Below, one piece after another: positions 62,237-64,000 of a DNA stretch of 64,000 nt. The notes below the pieces were generated by a model, which was not told the origin of the DNA, did not search any database, and worked only from the letters and a program-made list of their open reading frames with translations. Position 1 is the stretch's first letter; the number at the start of each line of letters is the position of its first letter. Source of the stretch: an uncultured delta proteobacterium (GTDB lineage: Bacteria > Desulfobacterota > Binatia > UBA9968); NCBI GenBank assembly GCA_963755715.1, contig CAVWLW010000068.1:32001-96000 (forward strand), written 5' to 3'. The position numbers were made by a program, and so were the translations under genes.

Positions 62237-63196
62237 TCAGGCTGCCGACCGGGAACGGGCGGCCTCGACCAATGGACGATATTTCTCGTTGAGCGTTTTC
62301 CAGTGCGCCGCGCGCCCTTTCGCTTCGGCAAGCTTAGCTTCGGGGAAGGTAACAAAGGGCACGCGCGTGGGCCCGACTTTACAATAGTCGGCGAATTCCT
62401 GCGGCCGTTTGTTGCCCGAACCGGGAACCGGTTTGCCAGCCCCTATGCCGCCGAGGTCCGCGATCACTTCAATAGCTTTTTGAGTGTCACCCTTGCGGAC
62501 TTGCTCCAACAGGTAAAGTATCGGCCACGGACCCATCCAAACTTCGGTTGACCAGCAACCAGCGGCGCCCATCTCATAGTAGGGGTACAATTGTGACTGG
62601 TTGACAAAGACGCTGATCTTGCCGCGCACGATCTTTTGCAGATTCATGAATGCCTGAGTCGTGCGGTGGCTGTCTTTCATGCCGATGATGTTGGGTTTTT
62701 TGACTAGTTCGGTAAACGCCGCCACCGGAATTGTAAACTTATGATTGTCCGGGTTGTGATAGACCACGATATTCAGGTTCGGATAGAGGTCAGCGATGTC
62801 ATGATAGAATTTGATCGCGTCTTGCACGTGCAGGGGTTCGTAGTACGGTACGCCGAGGAGAACGCCGTCCGCGCCGAGATCTTTGACGAAGTTCATCTTC
62901 TGGATAACTTCGCGCGGATTCGGACTGGTAACGCCGATAAAAAGCGGAACGCGCTTTTTCACCGTTTCGACGGTTGCGACCGCGAGCGTTTTAAATTCGT
63001 CGAAAAGCAAACTATAGCACTCACCGTAGGTTCCCGTGGTAGCGATGTTTTGGATCCCGTCTTTGATGATCTTGTCTACGCCCTCTTTGAGATTATCGAC
63101 CGCAATAGTTTGTGTCGCCTTGATGTCGGCCGCGTCGGGCGTAGCAAAGGCGGGCATCATTCCCAAGACCCCTTTTAGTTCGTTTGCGCTAAGCAT
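62237..63196 (-). CDS. DHDPS/NAL-family aldolase, NahE-like hydratase-aldolase
   Basis: MPAFATPDA, GTYGEC, RVPLFIG, LLGVP, YHNPDNHKF and the Schiff-base GMKDS. Confidence 0.8.
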   Translation of the reverse strand: MLSANELKGVLGMMPAFATPDAADIKATQTIAVDNLKEGVDKIIKDGIQNIATTGTYGECYSLLFDEFKTLAVATVETVKKRVPLFIGVTSPNPREVIQKMNFVKDLGADGVLLGVPYYEPLHVQDAIKFYHDIADLYPNLNIVVYHNPDNHKFTIPVAAFTELVKKPNIIGMKDSHRTTQAFMNLQKIVRGKISVFVNQSQLYPYYEMGAAGCWSTEVWMGPWPILYLLEQVRKGDTQKAIEVIADLGGIGAGKPVPGSGNKRPQEFADYCKVGPTRVPFVTFPEAKLAEAKGRAAHWKTLNEKYRPLVEAARSRSAA

Positions 63197-63357
63197 TGCT
63201 TTCCTCCTTATCCGTTATTGGATTGTTCTTGATATTCGACCTAAACCTAAATGCTGGCGGATACTTTTTAATTATGCCCTTGTTAACAGGTCAGCGGAGC
63301 GGTTGTCAAATTGCGGGAGAGCGATGAAAGTACAGTTAAAGCGACGGCTTGGCCGCT

Positions 63358-63801
63358 TTAGCTTGCGCGTTGCCGAGGAAGAGTCAAGGTGCACCGGCCG
63401 GTAAGAATTTGTTTATCCTCTTGGTTTGTTCCTATGAGATCACAGGCGATCCAAGAGTCCAATGGATCGCTCGACTTCTCGACGATCTTGGCCGCAAACC
63501 GCATCGTGTCCCCTTCGAATGTCGAGTAAATATGGCGAACGCTGATTTTCTTAAGCCAACCGCGCGGGCCGATCCAATCGGTGAGCATGCGCATCAGCAA
63601 AGCCTGGCGGTAGGCGCCGCTGGCGATAAAAGTCTTGAGCCCATTGTGCTGGCGTACGTGGTCGCGATCATAATGCAGATGCTGCCAATTTTCCTGCAGG
63701 CCGGCCCAGCGCACCGTGTCGACGATCGTCAGCGGTCCGTATTCACGCGGCGGAATCGCGTCGCCAACGGCGACATCGTCGAAATAAATCGGTTGGTTCA
63801 T
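63358..63801 (-). CDS. MaoC-like hotdog-fold dehydratase
   Basis: YFDDVAVGD.IP, N.QHLHYD, WIGPRGWLK and NQE. Confidence 0.82.
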   Translation of the reverse strand: MNQPIYFDDVAVGDAIPPREYGPLTIVDTVRWAGLQENWQHLHYDRDHVRQHNGLKTFIASGAYRQALLMRMLTDWIGPRGWLKKISVRHIYSTFEGDTMRFAAKIVEKSSDPLDSWIACDLIGTNQEDKQILTGRCTLTLPRQRAS

Positions 63802-63817
63802 AAAAACTCCGAATGAA

Positions 63818-64000
63818 CTATTTTGCGCCTGTGGCGGCGCTTTTCGGCAATATCTCGGTGTTATGCTCGCCAAGCTTCGGCGCTGCGCTGAGCTGGTTGC
63901 CCAAGACGCTGGCGATGGCGCCTTGAGGAAAGTTGATTCTGCCGAACTCCGGATGATCCATCTCGGTCAAAAATCCGCGCGCGATAAGTTGCGGATCGTT
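63818..64000 (-). CDS. CoA-transferase family III (CaiB/BaiF), C-terminal fragment
   Basis: Translation NDPQLIARGFLTEMDHPEFG...APKLGEHNTEIL; truncated by window edge. Confidence 0.82.
   Translation of the reverse strand, partial: NDPQLIARGFLTEMDHPEFGRINFPQGAIASVLGNQLSAAPKLGEHNTEILPKSAATGAK

Overview
Core chromosomal segment of a GC-rich bacterium. The deltaproteobacterial-type gene order and many orphan solute-binding proteins suggest Candidatus Binatia/Binatota; this is an inference. 1-20.7 kb: accessory aromatic/organic-acid catabolism (six orphan periplasmic binding proteins, three amidohydrolases including a LigY-like hydrolase coupled to a Rieske oxygenase, MmgE/PrpD, two radical SAM enzymes, a 4,5-dihydroxyphthalate decarboxylase-like protein, PrpB-like lyase). 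20.7-23.8 kb: dnaN-oriC-dnaA, with a clear DnaA-box/GC-motif/DnaA-trio/AT-rich unwinding module. 23.8-47.9 kb: housekeeping (hemL, F0 atp genes, gmhA, archease, larB, thiL, lon, dnaJ-dnaK-grpE, recO, ppdK). 48-60 kb: type IVa pilus locus, pilB-pilC-[PilS/PilR fusion]-pilA, plus a GT-C/GT2 glycosylation cassette. The best candidate for an undescribed system is the 680-aa protein at 51117-53159. It joins a PilS-like multi-TM sensor and PAS domain in frame to a PilR-like sigma-54 AAA+/HTH module, with no histidine kinase or receiver domain. It sits directly upstream of a -24/-12 promoter for pilA, and a 12-bp motif is shared between the pilA upstream region and the pilB promoter. At least seven genes carry small frameshifts, nearly all single-base insertions, which look like long-read errors. 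I saw no rRNA, tRNA, CRISPR array or transposase. All product calls come from motif recognition and recalled family sequences, not database searches.
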